Assembly: GCA_965237675.1 (NCBI GenBank)
Contig: OZ250150.1
Coordinates: forward strand, 1,088,001-1,152,000
Reading direction: 5' to 3'
Source of the DNA: Candidatus Latescibacterota bacterium
GTDB lineage: Bacteria > Latescibacterota > UBA2968 > GCA-2709665
DNA length: 64,000 nt
In this document: piece after piece, positions 39,036-49,626 of the stretch
Layout: every line of letters starts with the position of its first letter
Position numbering within the stretch: the first letter of the stretch is position 1
Notes under the pieces: generated by a model
Seen by the model: only the letters and a program-made list of their open reading frames with translations
What the model was told of the DNA's origin: nothing
The model's database searches: none
Made by a program: the position numbers and the translations under genes

Positions 39036-40526
39036 TTATTCTGGATTGCCGTGGTACCTGGCGGTTTGTACGGCTTGACGCCATCTCTTGAGCAGGGTTC
39101 CGCGTTCTTTTTCGGACATGCGGGGCTCGAACGTGCGTTCGGGAGGGTTGAGGCAGGAAAGCGCGTCGGGTCCCGTCCAGAAGCCAGTCGCAAGGCCGGC
39201 GAGCATGGCGGCGCCCATAGCGGTGGTCTCGGTATGGCGGGGGCGGATAACGGGCGTATTGAGGATATCGGACTGGAACTGCATAAGAAAATCGTTGGCA
39301 GAGGCGCCTCCATCCACGCGCAATACGGAGACCGGACGGCCCGTATCGGCAGCCATGGCATCCACAAGGGCGGCGCTCTGGTAGGCGATGGATTCCAGGG
39401 TGGCGCGCGCGAGGTGGGCGCGGCTTGTACCGCGGTTGATGCCGACAATCGTTCCGCGTGTATCCGGATCCCAGTAGGGCGCGCCGAGGCCCGTGAAAGC
39501 GGGTACCAGGTAGACACCGTCGTTGTCCGGAACGGACTGGGCGAGCGCTTCCGTTTCGGCCGCCTCGGAAATCATGCCGACACCGTCTCGCAACCACTGA
39601 ACGGCCGAGCCTGCGCTGAAAACGGAGCCTTCCAGGGCGTAGGCGGGACCGCCGCGGGAATCGCAAGCCAGCGTGGTGAGCAGGCCGTTCCGCGATGGGA
39701 CGGCGTTGATGCCCGTGTGGAAGAGGGCGAAACAGCCGGTGCCGTAAGTATTCTTGACGTTACCTTCGGTGACACCGCGCTGGCCGAATAGGGCGGCCTG
39801 CTGGTCACCCGCGATACCAGCTATCGGGATGCCACCGGGAAGGGAGCCCGTGGCAGCGGTCCTTCCGAATTCATAGGCGGAAGGGTGGACCTCCGGGAGG
39901 ATGGACCGGGGAATGTTGAATGCGTCCAGCAGATCCGCGTCCCATTCCCTCGCGTGGATATTGAAACACATCGTGCGTGAGGCGTTGGTGAGATCAGTTG
40001 CATGGACCGCGCCGCCGGTAAGTCGGTAGAGGAGGTACGTGTCGATGGTACCGAAGCAGATGTCGCCTTTTTCCGCGCGGTTGCGGAGTCCGGGTACATT
40101 TTCCAGGAGCCAGACGACTTTGGTCGCGGAAAAGTACGGGTCTATGACGAGGCCTGTTTTTTCGCGGACTATTTTTTCGAGCCCCCGGTCCCGGTACCGA
40201 CGGCAGAGCCCGGCGGTGCGGCGGCACTGCCAAACAATGGCGTCGTGGACGGGTTCACCCGTTCGCCGGTCCCAGAGGACGGTCGTTTCTCGCTGGTTGG
40301 TGATCCCGATGCCCGCGAGATCCGCCTGGCGTATACCCGCGTTTCGGACCGCGTCGGCGACGACGGCGCAGGTTGTCCGCCAGATCTCCTCCGCGCTGTG
40401 GGAAACCCACCCGGGTTGCGGATAAATCTGGCTGAATTCCGCATAGGCACGGCCGGCGACTTCGCCTTTGAAGTTGACGATAAGTACGGTCGTGCCGGTC
40501 GTGCCCTGGTCTATGGAAAGAATCAT
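39036..40526 (-). CDS. glpK: Glycerol kinase
   Basis: IDQGTTG, GITNQRETT, AIVWQCRRT, DPYFSATK, TNASRT, GDQQAALFG, KNTYGTG, GLGAPYW. Confidence 0.97.
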   Translation of the reverse strand: MILSIDQGTTGTTVLIVNFKGEVAGRAYAEFSQIYPQPGWVSHSAEEIWRTTCAVVADAVRNAGIRQADLAGIGITNQRETTVLWDRRTGEPVHDAIVWQCRRTAGLCRRYRDRGLEKIVREKTGLVIDPYFSATKVVWLLENVPGLRNRAEKGDICFGTIDTYLLYRLTGGAVHATDLTNASRTMCFNIHAREWDADLLDAFNIPRSILPEVHPSAYEFGRTAATGSLPGGIPIAGIAGDQQAALFGQRGVTEGNVKNTYGTGCFALFHTGINAVPSRNGLLTTLACDSRGGPAYALEGSVFSAGSAVQWLRDGVGMISEAAETEALAQSVPDNDGVYLVPAFTGLGAPYWDPDTRGTIVGINRGTSRAHLARATLESIAYQSAALVDAMAADTGRPVSVLRVDGGASANDFLMQFQSDILNTPVIRPRHTETTAMGAAMLAGLATGFWTGPDALSCLNPPERTFEPRMSEKERGTLLKRWRQAVQTARYHGNPE

Positions 40527-40589
40527 ATAGACGCCCTCTGCGGGTCTTGCGATGGTATCCGGAGAAGTCGTTTGCGCGTCACTGCTTCT

Positions 40590-41432
40590 TTACCCGGTTT
40601 GTTCCGGGCAAATTCCCGGCTCAGGTGAACGGCGCATTTCCCATTCTTCAAGCTGGATTTTTCCATCTTCCAATATCGCGTACGTGTGGTTGTGAATCCA
40701 GTCGCCCAGTACGACGAGCTCTCCGCCGCGTTCGGCGGGGCCATCGGATTGATTCCCGGGAAACATATTCGTACCGAATTGGTCGGTCGTTGAACCACCC
40801 ACGCTGGCGTGAAGGGAAAAGTGGTAGTGGCCGTGGATCACGATGTCGGCGCCTTCGGCGATTTTTTCTGCTGCTGCCTCAAGGAGAATGTCCCGGCTAC
40901 TGGAACCCCGGCTCCGGATGCGGAACTCGGAGAGGCGGGAGGTGAACCTGGCGAGGATGGCCCCAAGGTCCGGGTGAAGCAGGCGAAACAGGCCCACGCA
41001 GAACCGGTTTTTCAGGATGCCGCGACTGAGGCGGAATCGCCAATCGGTCCGGATCTCGTCTCCGTGTGCAATGTGGATTTTGAGGCCCTGATGGGTGACC
41101 GTGATCGGACCGCCCGGGAGTTCAACGCCGAGTTGCCCGGAGAAATATTCGCCCGGCCAGAGGTCGTGATTGCCGGGCAGGTAGACCACGCGCACGCCGG
41201 CCTCGACCAGGTTGTAGAGTTCAAATAGGACCCGGGCGCCGCTCGAAGGAATCGTCGTGCGGTATTCGAACCAGAAGTCAAAGAGGTCGCCGACGATATA
41301 GAGCGCCCGGGCGCCGTGGCGGATGGACTTCAGAAAGTCGATCAGGACGTCTTCCCGCTCGCGGGCGCCGGCTCCAATGTCCGGCGCCCCGATATGGACG
41401 TCGGAGATGAAATAGATTCGGTTCAAGTACAT
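40590..41432 (-). CDS. lpxH: UDP-2,3-diacylglucosamine diphosphatase (LpxH-like metallophosphoesterase)
   Basis: ISDVHIG, GDLFDFWFEY, GNHD, AHGD, GHYH, LGDW. Confidence 0.82.
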   Translation of the reverse strand: MYLNRIYFISDVHIGAPDIGAGAREREDVLIDFLKSIRHGARALYIVGDLFDFWFEYRTTIPSSGARVLFELYNLVEAGVRVVYLPGNHDLWPGEYFSGQLGVELPGGPITVTHQGLKIHIAHGDEIRTDWRFRLSRGILKNRFCVGLFRLLHPDLGAILARFTSRLSEFRIRSRGSSSRDILLEAAAEKIAEGADIVIHGHYHFSLHASVGGSTTDQFGTNMFPGNQSDGPAERGGELVVLGDWIHNHTYAILEDGKIQLEEWEMRRSPEPGICPEQTG

Positions 41433-41451
41433 CACCAATGTCAGGAAAAAC

Positions 41452-41820
41452 AGCTATCAGCTGTCAGCAAACAGGTGTCAGCCAAAACCGGTTAGCGAAA
41501 TGGACACGCGATGTTAATCAGCGATATCCTCGCAATTATGGGGGCAACCACAAGGGTTGCCCCTACAAACTAAAATCCTGCGCGGAATTGCCCGCGGCTT
41601 CGCGGGTCCTCCTCTCGCGCGACCGGTTGTAGGGAGGGGTCTTTTCCGCGCCAATCCGTTCAGCAACGAGGTTTGTGAACGCCCGCGATCCAAGCAGGCC
41701 ACCGACCCAAGTTTATGCCCCTGAGGCGGTTCGCGGAAAAGCAGCCCCGCGGCGTCTGAGCGGCGCCGTTCTTTTTGGCCCTTTCTCTTTGGCGAGAAAG
41801 AAAAAGGGCGAAGAAATATA
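41452..41820 (+). repeat. Full composite: heptamers + AACCGGTT + 41-nt spacer + GTAG-REP + scaffold element copy C
   Basis: REP 41542-41566; TTTTCCGCG 41642-41650 / CGCGGAAAA 41732-41740. Confidence 0.85.
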
Positions 41821-42199
41821 AAAAATCAAGAATTTACGAGAAATACATGGACGAGGTCATAGCAAAACCCATCATTCACCTTTCCCCAAATCCCCTTCCT
41901 CCGTAGAGTTCCCCTTAGAATCCACAATTGCAGTCAGCGGTCGCCCATTTCCACGCGACCCGCATTGCGATTCGGAAATAGCTACGGAATGCCCTGAGAA
42001 TAGGGATCACGTTCCCTTTTGCAGAAATAGGCGCCTGGCCACCTTCGCCGACCCTTCGACAAGCTCAGGGAACGGCTCAGGATGACCGGTGTCTTGGTTC
42101 CCACTTCTTGTTTATCACGTCTCGCTTTTTGCGTCTCACGTCTATTTTCTTGCCCTGGTGTGGTGTGGACGGGCTGGCTGGCCGCTGAAGGCTGACAGC

Positions 42200-44374
42200 T
42201 TACTCTCTCAGTAGCTGCCTGATCATGGGCGCCTGCGGATCGTTGGGACTCAATTCCAAGACTTTTCGCAGGTTGGCTCTGGCTTCCTCCATGCGATTCA
42301 GGGCCCCGAAGGCCAGGCCCAGGTTGAAGTAGGCGTTCGCGAGCCGGGGGTTGATTTGAATGGCTCTTTGAAGGTACGGGATCGCCTTTTCGTACTGCCC
42401 CATGCTGTGATACGTACCGCCGATGTTCAGATAGGTCTGAGCGCTGCCCAGCGCGGGCTGGAGCTCGATTGCTTTCTTTAGGTGTTCGACTGCCTCCTCG
42501 TACCGGCCCAGACCATGGTAGGCGGCGCCGAGATTGACATGCGCGCCCGCGTGTCCGGGTTGTATCTCAAGGGCTTTATTGAGAGGGCCAAGGGCTTTGC
42601 CGTGCCTGCCCATCTCGTTGTAGGCGGCGCCGAGGTTGACGTGCGCGATTGCGGCTTCGGGCTGGAGTTCAACGGCTTTCTCGAGAGATTCAGTCGCGGC
42701 ACCGTGACGCCCGGTTCCCAGATAGGCAGCACCCAGATTGATATGCGCCTCAGCGAGGTCGGGTTGGATCTCCACCGCTTTTCTGAGGTGGTCGATCCCA
42801 CGCTCCGCCTGCCCGAGGTCGCAGTAGATGATCCCGACCGACAACCAGTGTCTGGGGTTTTTCGGACTCGCTTCGAGCGCGCGCCTGTAGGCGTTGAGTG
42901 CGGGTACGGTTCTGCCCCGCAACCGGAAGTAGGTACCAAGCGTTTCCCAACCGTAGGAGGCGGCGTGTCCGCTCAGCCGGCCCATGAGGTGGACATATCG
43001 TGCCTCGGCGAAGGTGGGGTTCGCGTTCACGCCGATCCAAAGGAGGGTGTGCAGGGCGGCCGCGGCGCAGATCACGGAGACGTTTCGGAACCGCAGTTCG
43101 TCCTGACGCCTGCGCGCCAGTAGCGCCGAGGCAGCCCAGAGCGTGAGCGGCAGGGCGGGAAGCGCCAGAATGTCCCAGTCTCTGAAGGCGCCGATCTCGG
43201 GATTGGCGATGAACGTAAAGAAGAGCGGGAAAGCGGCGGCCACAAGCAGGAAGGGATGGTGACGAAAGTCCTTCCTGCCGAACAGCAACAGCGCCATCAA
43301 CGCGGCGGGGGCCGATAGAATCTGAAGGTTGATGAAATCGAGCACGTGAGATATTGAGGCGAGGCGGTAGGGAACGTGAAATCCAGGTTCCGAAACAAGG
43401 GGGAGTATGTGGTGTTTTCCGCCGGTCCGCGCCAGAAAGGCAGCGAAGTCGAAGCCGGCGGTCCAAAGGATCAGCACCGCGGCAAGCGGGACCGTGCACA
43501 ACACGGCCAGATTTGCCAAAACGTTAATCCATCGCGGCGATGAGGCGTCACTGCGCCGATACCCGCAATACGCAAGGATGAGAAGGGAGGGTGCAAAGAG
43601 GACAAACAAAAAGTGGAACGGAATGAGCACACCGAGTACGATCGCGGGAACGTAGAGGGGCGCACGGTTGGCCAGGCATCGAAGACCGGCAAGCAGGTAG
43701 AGTAGACTGGCCGGCATGTAGAAGGCGTAGTTTTCCACGTAACCAAAGAAGAGTTGTACGTATCCGGCCGTAACGAGGAAGGCGAATACCAGAGTTTTCT
43801 CGCGGTTGTTCCTTCCGAGGACGCCAGCCGTGGCGAAGCCGAGCAACAGATAGAGAAGACCGGAGGCATAGCTGTAGACACGGTACGTGTTCTCGGCGGT
43901 CTGCCAGACCGTGCTGCCTGCCCGATGCAGGAATCGAATCAGATCGAAAGTGAGCGGCGCCCGGTCGACCCGCTGCCAGATGCCGGCGTCCAATTCCCGC
44001 AGGTAAAGGTACCCATCGCCCAGGAGATGCCGCGAGGATTGCAGCGCAACGAATCCCGCCAGCGCAAGGAGCATCACCAGGGCGCGGGTCAACCAGGTGC
44101 GGGCGCCGTTGCCCCAGAGGGCGGCAGGAAGCGTCTCAAGCCAGGCACGGGCACGAGCCAGCACGCACGGGACGAAAACGAGTATCGCGAGAAGGATGAA
44201 AACAGCCCGCTGAGAGTCGGGATAATAGTACAGAAAATCTGCACCCCAGAAGGGATTGGGATGCCAGAAGGCGAGAAGGACGTGGAGCCCCAGAAACACG
44301 GCGGCGATGGTGGCGGGCTGCCTGATACCCCCAGATCGTTGCCGTTTCGAATTTCGCACGAGCTTCTTTCTCAA
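42200..44374 (-). CDS. Polytopic membrane protein with C-terminal TPR array
   Basis: Many TM segments followed by about 7 TPRs (AHINLGAAY.. repeats). Confidence 0.85.
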   Translation of the reverse strand: MRKKLVRNSKRQRSGGIRQPATIAAVFLGLHVLLAFWHPNPFWGADFLYYYPDSQRAVFILLAILVFVPCVLARARAWLETLPAALWGNGARTWLTRALVMLLALAGFVALQSSRHLLGDGYLYLRELDAGIWQRVDRAPLTFDLIRFLHRAGSTVWQTAENTYRVYSYASGLLYLLLGFATAGVLGRNNREKTLVFAFLVTAGYVQLFFGYVENYAFYMPASLLYLLAGLRCLANRAPLYVPAIVLGVLIPFHFLFVLFAPSLLILAYCGYRRSDASSPRWINVLANLAVLCTVPLAAVLILWTAGFDFAAFLARTGGKHHILPLVSEPGFHVPYRLASISHVLDFINLQILSAPAALMALLLFGRKDFRHHPFLLVAAAFPLFFTFIANPEIGAFRDWDILALPALPLTLWAASALLARRRQDELRFRNVSVICAAAALHTLLWIGVNANPTFAEARYVHLMGRLSGHAASYGWETLGTYFRLRGRTVPALNAYRRALEASPKNPRHWLSVGIIYCDLGQAERGIDHLRKAVEIQPDLAEAHINLGAAYLGTGRHGAATESLEKAVELQPEAAIAHVNLGAAYNEMGRHGKALGPLNKALEIQPGHAGAHVNLGAAYHGLGRYEEAVEHLKKAIELQPALGSAQTYLNIGGTYHSMGQYEKAIPYLQRAIQINPRLANAYFNLGLAFGALNRMEEARANLRKVLELSPNDPQAPMIRQLLRE

Positions 44375-44414
44375 TTCCCCGTTCCTCCGGCCCTCGTCGC
44401 CATGGTTTTCTCGC

Positions 44415-44443
44415 TTGACGCATCCGCCCGATAAGGATATGTT
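44415..44443 (+). promoter_or_regulatory. Putative sigma70 promoter
   Basis: TTGACG-17-TATGTT upstream of 44492. Confidence 0.45.
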
Positions 44444-44491
44444 AACAGATACCGTATGTCGAATCTATCGCCGTCGTGATCCAGAGACCCT

Positions 44492-45745
44492 ATGTCGGAC
44501 CCTCAACGAACCACCTATGATCTGATAATCGTCGGCGCAGGCCCGGCGGGCGCCGCAGCCGCCCTGTACGCCGCCCGACACGGACTCAAGACCCTTCTAC
44601 TGGACAAATCCACCTTTCCCCGTGACAAAATTTGCGGCGACGCCCTGTCGGGAAAAGCCATTGCCATCCTGCTCGAACTCGGGCTGCTTGAAAAGACCCG
44701 CCAACTGCCCGGCGCGTTTATCAACAAGATTGTCTTCAGTAGCCCGAATCACGTGGACGCCTGGATCGATTTAGGGCGTCATACGCTTCATGACATCGGT
44801 ACGGGTCAGAATATCCCAATGGAAGGCTTCGTCATCCGCAGGACGGTTTTTGACGCCTTCCTGTTCCGGGAAGCCCGGGACAGCGTCGACGCGTGCATCG
44901 AAGGGTTTACGGTTAAGGACCTGTTGCGAGAAAACGGAGCCATCAAGGGCGTAACCGGCGAGGTCAACGGAGAACATCGCGCCTACCGCGCCAACCTGGT
45001 CTTGGGCTGTGACGGATTCAATTCCGTGGTGGCCCGCCGAACAGGGCGATATCGCCACGACGGGCGGCACTGGGTTGTGGCCCTGCGCTGCTATTATGAG
45101 AATGTGGCCGGTCTGAAAGACCAGATCGAACTTCACTTCGTCAATGAAGTCCTGCCAGGATACTTCTGGGCCTTCCCCCTCGAAAACGGCTGTGCGAACG
45201 TCGGCATCGGGATGTTGCAAAGCAGCCTCAAGCGCCGCAAGGTCAACCTGAAGGAGGCGCTTCAGGACGTGATCGGCCGCCCTCCTTTCGCGCGCAGGTT
45301 CGTCAATGCGCGCGCCCTGGAGGAACCCATCGGATGGAACCTGCCCATCGGCAGCATCCGCAGAAAAAGTTACGGCAACGGATTTCTGCTTCTCGGCGAC
45401 GCCGCCGGCCTGATCGACCCCTTCACCGGTGAGGGCATCGGCAACGCACTGTACGCCGCACGGTACGCCGCGCAGGTCGCCGCCGAAGCCAAAGCGGCGA
45501 ATGATTTCAGCGAATCCTTTTTGAAACGATACGAAGACCGCTTATGGGACGCCATTGGCGACGAACTCAGAACCAGCAAGCGCCTGCAGGACCTGGGCCG
45601 CTGGCGGCCTCTCCTCAATCTGGTGATCGAAAAAGCGGCTCGGAATCAACAGATCAGCAACCTTATCACCGGTATGATCGCCAACGCCGTTCCCAAGAAA
45701 AAACTCTTCAGCCCCCTTTTCTATTTCGGGCTTTTTCTCAAGTAA
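44492..45745 (+). CDS. Geranylgeranyl reductase family FAD oxidoreductase
   Basis: IVGAGPAG, FPRDKICGDAL, GYFWAFP..NVGIG, LLGDAAGLIDPFTGEGI. Confidence 0.92.
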   Translation: MSDPQRTTYDLIIVGAGPAGAAAALYAARHGLKTLLLDKSTFPRDKICGDALSGKAIAILLELGLLEKTRQLPGAFINKIVFSSPNHVDAWIDLGRHTLHDIGTGQNIPMEGFVIRRTVFDAFLFREARDSVDACIEGFTVKDLLRENGAIKGVTGEVNGEHRAYRANLVLGCDGFNSVVARRTGRYRHDGRHWVVALRCYYENVAGLKDQIELHFVNEVLPGYFWAFPLENGCANVGIGMLQSSLKRRKVNLKEALQDVIGRPPFARRFVNARALEEPIGWNLPIGSIRRKSYGNGFLLLGDAAGLIDPFTGEGIGNALYAARYAAQVAAEAKAANDFSESFLKRYEDRLWDAIGDELRTSKRLQDLGRWRPLLNLVIEKAARNQQISNLITGMIANAVPKKKLFSPLFYFGLFLK

Positions 45746-45774
45746 ACCGGATCGTAAACATAGGAGGATTTCAC

Positions 45775-46710
45775 ATGAAATCTACTGCCAGATGCCTGGT
45801 CCCGTGTCTTGTTTTTCTGTTGTCGATGGGCGCTTCCACACGGGCAGCGGACAAAATCACCATTCGGATCTCCCATCCGGACGGCCGTACCGTCAAGTAC
45901 AAACACAAATATTCCTTTTCCTACAAGAGCGACCGCGCCGAAATTCTCGTTCCCGGACGCACGAATCGCGGAAATACCTCCGGCGAGATCAGGGGCGAAT
46001 GGCAAAGCCGGGAAATCACGCAAACCGGTACGGACGGTGAATCCGATGTGCAAACCACGCGCATTGTCGCAACCTTAAGCAAAGCCTTCAGCGGTTTCTT
46101 CTTCGAGCGGAAACGCCTCACTTACGACCAGTTTCCCTATACGCTGGATCAACTGGACGACCGGCAACTCACCTGGATTCTGTCTTCGGATGGAACGATT
46201 AAGCGGTTTTCACCCAATTTTTCCCCGGCAGAACTCAACCGGCCTGACATTCTCACGGACATCTGGCAGGTCTGGGCGCCCGAATTTCAGCCCGTCCTTC
46301 CGCCGGAGCCGGTCGGCCCCGGCGACACCTGGACGGGCGAACTGAATTTCAAAACCCCGGTCCTGCGGCTCGATGACGACGCCATCGTGGAACTCAAGAG
46401 CACCTACAAGGTGAAAAATATCGCCACCAAAAAGGGAAATAAAATTGTCACGTTTGAGGAAGACAGAGACGTCCGTTTCAGAGCGCCTGTCAATATTGGC
46501 TCCCTGTCTCTGGTCGTCGACGGAACCGGAGAAGGTAAAAGCACCTGGGTCATCGACACGGACCGCGGAATCGTGCTGTCCCAAAAGGTACGGATGAACA
46601 TCACGCGCCCCCAGGTAAGGCGTATAGACCACAAGAAACCCGTGGACAATATCCGCGCCGAAATCAACATGAGTTACGAACGGAAACTGGACAAAGTGGA
46701 AAAGGAATAA
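45775..46710 (+). CDS. Exported hypothetical beta-rich protein
   Basis: aggagg RBS, signal peptide MKSTARCLVPCLVFLLSMGASTRA; LPPEPVGPGDTW motif. Confidence 0.72.
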   Translation: MKSTARCLVPCLVFLLSMGASTRAADKITIRISHPDGRTVKYKHKYSFSYKSDRAEILVPGRTNRGNTSGEIRGEWQSREITQTGTDGESDVQTTRIVATLSKAFSGFFFERKRLTYDQFPYTLDQLDDRQLTWILSSDGTIKRFSPNFSPAELNRPDILTDIWQVWAPEFQPVLPPEPVGPGDTWTGELNFKTPVLRLDDDAIVELKSTYKVKNIATKKGNKIVTFEEDRDVRFRAPVNIGSLSLVVDGTGEGKSTWVIDTDRGIVLSQKVRMNITRPQVRRIDHKKPVDNIRAEINMSYERKLDKVEKE

Positions 46711-46714
46711 AAAG

Positions 46715-47125
46715 GCAGCAATCAGCGGTCAGCGTACAGCAGTCAGCTTAAACCGGTTGACGATACGGCCCGGGACCTCTCCCCCCAGCCCCCTCTCCTA
46801 AAGGAAAGGGGACAGTGGCTAGTTCGCGTCCTATCACGCGACCGGTGGCGGGGATGGGGGGGGTTTCGCGGCAAGACCGCAAACCCGTTCAATAATCCGA
46901 CCAGGTATCATTCGTGCCCGCCCGGTTGAGGTGATGGGGGGCTTTTCCGCGTTATTCCGTTCAGCAACGTCGTCTCGGACAGCCTGCGGCGCCGGCAGGG
47001 CAACATCGCTCGTATTCTCCACTGAGGATATTTGCGGAAAAGCAGCCCCGCGGCGTTTGAGCGGCGCCGTTCTTTTTGGTCCTTTTTCTTGGGCGTACAA
47101 GAAAAAGGACGAAGAAAAAATGAGA
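46715..47125 (+). repeat. Heptamers + half CCTCTCC element + scaffold element copy D
   Basis: TTTTCCGCG 46943-46951 / TGCGGAAAA 47033-47041; terminal cctttttcttg..caagaaaaagg hairpin. Confidence 0.85.
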
Positions 47126-47168
47126 ATTGATTGAAGTGAGGGGGTGTCTATAAATCCCTCTATCCTTG

Positions 47169-48068
47169 ATGCGCGACCAGAATAAAGCCTACCTCTACGC
47201 CATAGCCACGGTTCTTCTCTGGTCGACCGTCGCCTCCGCCTTCAAGATCTCCCTCCGATATCTGGACCCCCTTCAGCTTCTCTTCTACTCAGTTCTGGTC
47301 TCTACGTGTACCCTGGCGATCATTGTCGTCATCCAGGGAAAGCAAAGCCTCGTCTTTTCTTATTCAAAACACCAATATTGGAAATCCCTCCTTCTCGGCC
47401 TGCTCAACCCCTGCGTCTATTACTTCGTCCTCTTCAAAGCGTACGACCTTCTGCCCGCCCAGGAAGCCCAACCCCTGAACTACACCTGGGCCATTACGCT
47501 CTCGCTCCTGTCCATTCCGCTTTTAAAACAGCGCATAAAACCACAGGAAATCGTTGCCGGGTTCGTGTGTTATTCCGGCGTCCTGGTGATCTCCACGCGC
47601 GGCAACGTCCTGGACTTCCGGCTCTCGGACCCGCTCGGCGTAACCCTGGCCCTCGCCAGCACGATCGTATGGGCATTCTACTGGATCTACAACACGCGGG
47701 ATGACCGGGACGCCGTTGTCGGCCTTTTTCTCAACTTCACGTTTGCCATGCCGTTCATTTTCGTACTCTGCCTGCTCTTCTCGGATCTCCGTATCTCGAA
47801 TCACTACGGCCTGATGGGCGCCGCATACGTCGGCGTTTTCGAAATGGGCATCGCCTTCGTTTTCTGGCTCGTCGCGCTACGACTCTCGGAAACTACGGCC
47901 AGAGTTGCCAACCTGATCTTCATCTCTCCGTTCGTCTCCCTGATCTTCATCCACTTCCTGGTGGGCGAAGAAATCCTGCCTTCCACCCCGATCGGGCTGA
48001 TTCTCATTGTCGCCGGCCTGGTGATCCAGCGGCTCGGTTCGCGATTGACGTGGCGAAATCAGGAATGA
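47169..48068 (+). CDS. DMT/EamA family transporter
   Basis: About 10 TM helices; LLWSTVASAFK, AQPLNYTW, VANLIFISPF. Confidence 0.9.
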   Translation: MRDQNKAYLYAIATVLLWSTVASAFKISLRYLDPLQLLFYSVLVSTCTLAIIVVIQGKQSLVFSYSKHQYWKSLLLGLLNPCVYYFVLFKAYDLLPAQEAQPLNYTWAITLSLLSIPLLKQRIKPQEIVAGFVCYSGVLVISTRGNVLDFRLSDPLGVTLALASTIVWAFYWIYNTRDDRDAVVGLFLNFTFAMPFIFVLCLLFSDLRISNHYGLMGAAYVGVFEMGIAFVFWLVALRLSETTARVANLIFISPFVSLIFIHFLVGEEILPSTPIGLILIVAGLVIQRLGSRLTWRNQE

Positions 48069-48072
48069 TCTC

Positions 48073-48101
48073 TTGACATTTCATCCGGAAGTTACCATAT
48101 T
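48073..48101 (+). promoter_or_regulatory. Putative higBA promoter
   Basis: TTGACA-17-CATATT overlapping imperfect IR gttacc-atatt-gggaac. Confidence 0.55.
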
Positions 48102-48137
48102 GGGAACATATGCCGTCGTGTGTTCAGGTAATCCCCT

Positions 48138-48434
48138 ATGCACGTAATTACCCGTAAGAGACTACAGGAATTCTGTAGAAACCATCCGGATTCTCAGCGT
48201 CCCCTGAAAGCTTGGCTGGCCATCGTAAGATCGAAAAACTATTTCAGCCCTTACGAAGTTCGATGGGATTTTCCCTCTGCAAGTTTCCTTGGAAGATGGC
48301 GGACAGTTTTCAACATCGGAGGCAACAAATACAGGCTGGTTGTCGATATGCGTTACGACCTTGGGAGGATTTACATCCGACACGTGCTTACACACGAAGA
48401 ATACGACAGACGCACTCGAAGTGGCGATTTATGA
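48138..48434 (+). CDS. higB: HigB-family toxin
   Basis: MHVITRKRLQEF..HPDS..L.AW..VFNIGGNKYRLV..LTHEEYD. Confidence 0.92.
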   Translation: MHVITRKRLQEFCRNHPDSQRPLKAWLAIVRSKNYFSPYEVRWDFPSASFLGRWRTVFNIGGNKYRLVVDMRYDLGRIYIRHVLTHEEYDRRTRSGDL

Positions 48435-48450
48435 ACAATCTCCAAAGGCA

Positions 48451-48852
48451 ATGGATATGACCAGTTTGCTGGACTTCTCTAGACCTCATGTCTTACGAAA
48501 CGAAGCCGAATACGACACGGCAGTGCGCGAAATCGATGACCTGCTGGACGCCGATCCCGAACCGGGTTCAGAAGCATATGAACGCCTGGAATTTCTTTCC
48601 GTTTTGGTACATGCGTACGAAGATGCCCGGTCTCCCATCGATGAAAATATGGATCCCCGGGAGATCGTGGAGTTTATGCTGGAGCAGAAGGGACTCTCGC
48701 GATCCGATCTCGCCGAATGGTTCGGTGGCAGAAGCCGTGTTTCCGAATTCTTCAAAGGCTCCCGAACCCTCTCCATTCGCCAAATTGCCGCCCTGACGAA
48801 AAACCTGGGTATCCCTGCCGACTTGCTTATCGCGCGCGATAGAAGGAGTTGA
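48451..48852 (+). CDS. higA: HigA-family HTH antitoxin
   Basis: NEAEYD..LEFLSVLVHAYE..MLEQKGLSRSDL..GGRSRVSE..R.LS..QI..L..GIPADLL; start 48451 or 48457. Confidence 0.9.
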   Translation: MDMTSLLDFSRPHVLRNEAEYDTAVREIDDLLDADPEPGSEAYERLEFLSVLVHAYEDARSPIDENMDPREIVEFMLEQKGLSRSDLAEWFGGRSRVSEFFKGSRTLSIRQIAALTKNLGIPADLLIARDRRS

Positions 48853-48997
48853 GCCGGCGAAATACGGTAAAGCCGTCAGACTGCGCTACAGACCACCTGA
48901 CGGCCTTTTCTTGTTCCTTGCAGATGCAACCATCATGCGACGCAACCGGGACATCTCGCGATAGGGGCGTCACGATCAAATTGCAATTCACAGAAGT

Positions 48998-49432
48998 CTA
49001 CGAATCGGATTTGAGCATAGAGAGCCCCATTGCGGCCAGGATCAACGGCAGGGCGGCGTCTATCACAATCCACACCGCGGAAACCGTTTCCATTCTTATG
49101 GCGGTGAAAGCGGGACTGTGGAGGTTGAAGAAGTTCCAGAAAAAGAGAATGCCAACAAAAAGGAGGCCGTAGAATTGCACGTTGGCTTCGAGATATTCAC
49201 GGGTTACCGGAGCGCCACCCTGGTCCTGGCCAAGACCGCGCTTGCGAATATATCCGAAGATTACGCCCAACACGATCGCCAGCACCATGAGCGCATTAAT
49301 CTTGCTCCAATGCGGGCTGTACGGGCTGGCTTCGGTGGAAGTATAATACAGGGGTTCGGCGACCGTATGGATTGCCACCACGGCCGCAACGACTATAAGA
49401 TAGACGCCAACGATGCGTTTGAACGAATCCAT
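48998..49432 (-). CDS. Hypothetical 4-TM membrane protein
   Basis: Four hydrophobic segments; aaggag RBS. Confidence 0.72.
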   Translation of the reverse strand: MDSFKRIVGVYLIVVAAVVAIHTVAEPLYYTSTEASPYSPHWSKINALMVLAIVLGVIFGYIRKRGLGQDQGGAPVTREYLEANVQFYGLLFVGILFFWNFFNLHSPAFTAIRMETVSAVWIVIDAALPLILAAMGLSMLKSDS

Positions 49433-49626
49433 ACGTTGTTTCTCCTTTCTCTGGTGCGATCGTCTACTGGGGGCCGCTCGATGTCCGGGAATGTGTTAAA
49501 GCGCACTGAACGCCGGGCAAAAACAGCCGTCGAAATATAGCGGGCGTGACCGACCGCGGCAATCAAAACCATGCGCGCCGGTCAGTCGGGATATTCGATT
49601 TGCCCTCATCCCGGCCGGACCCGGAC

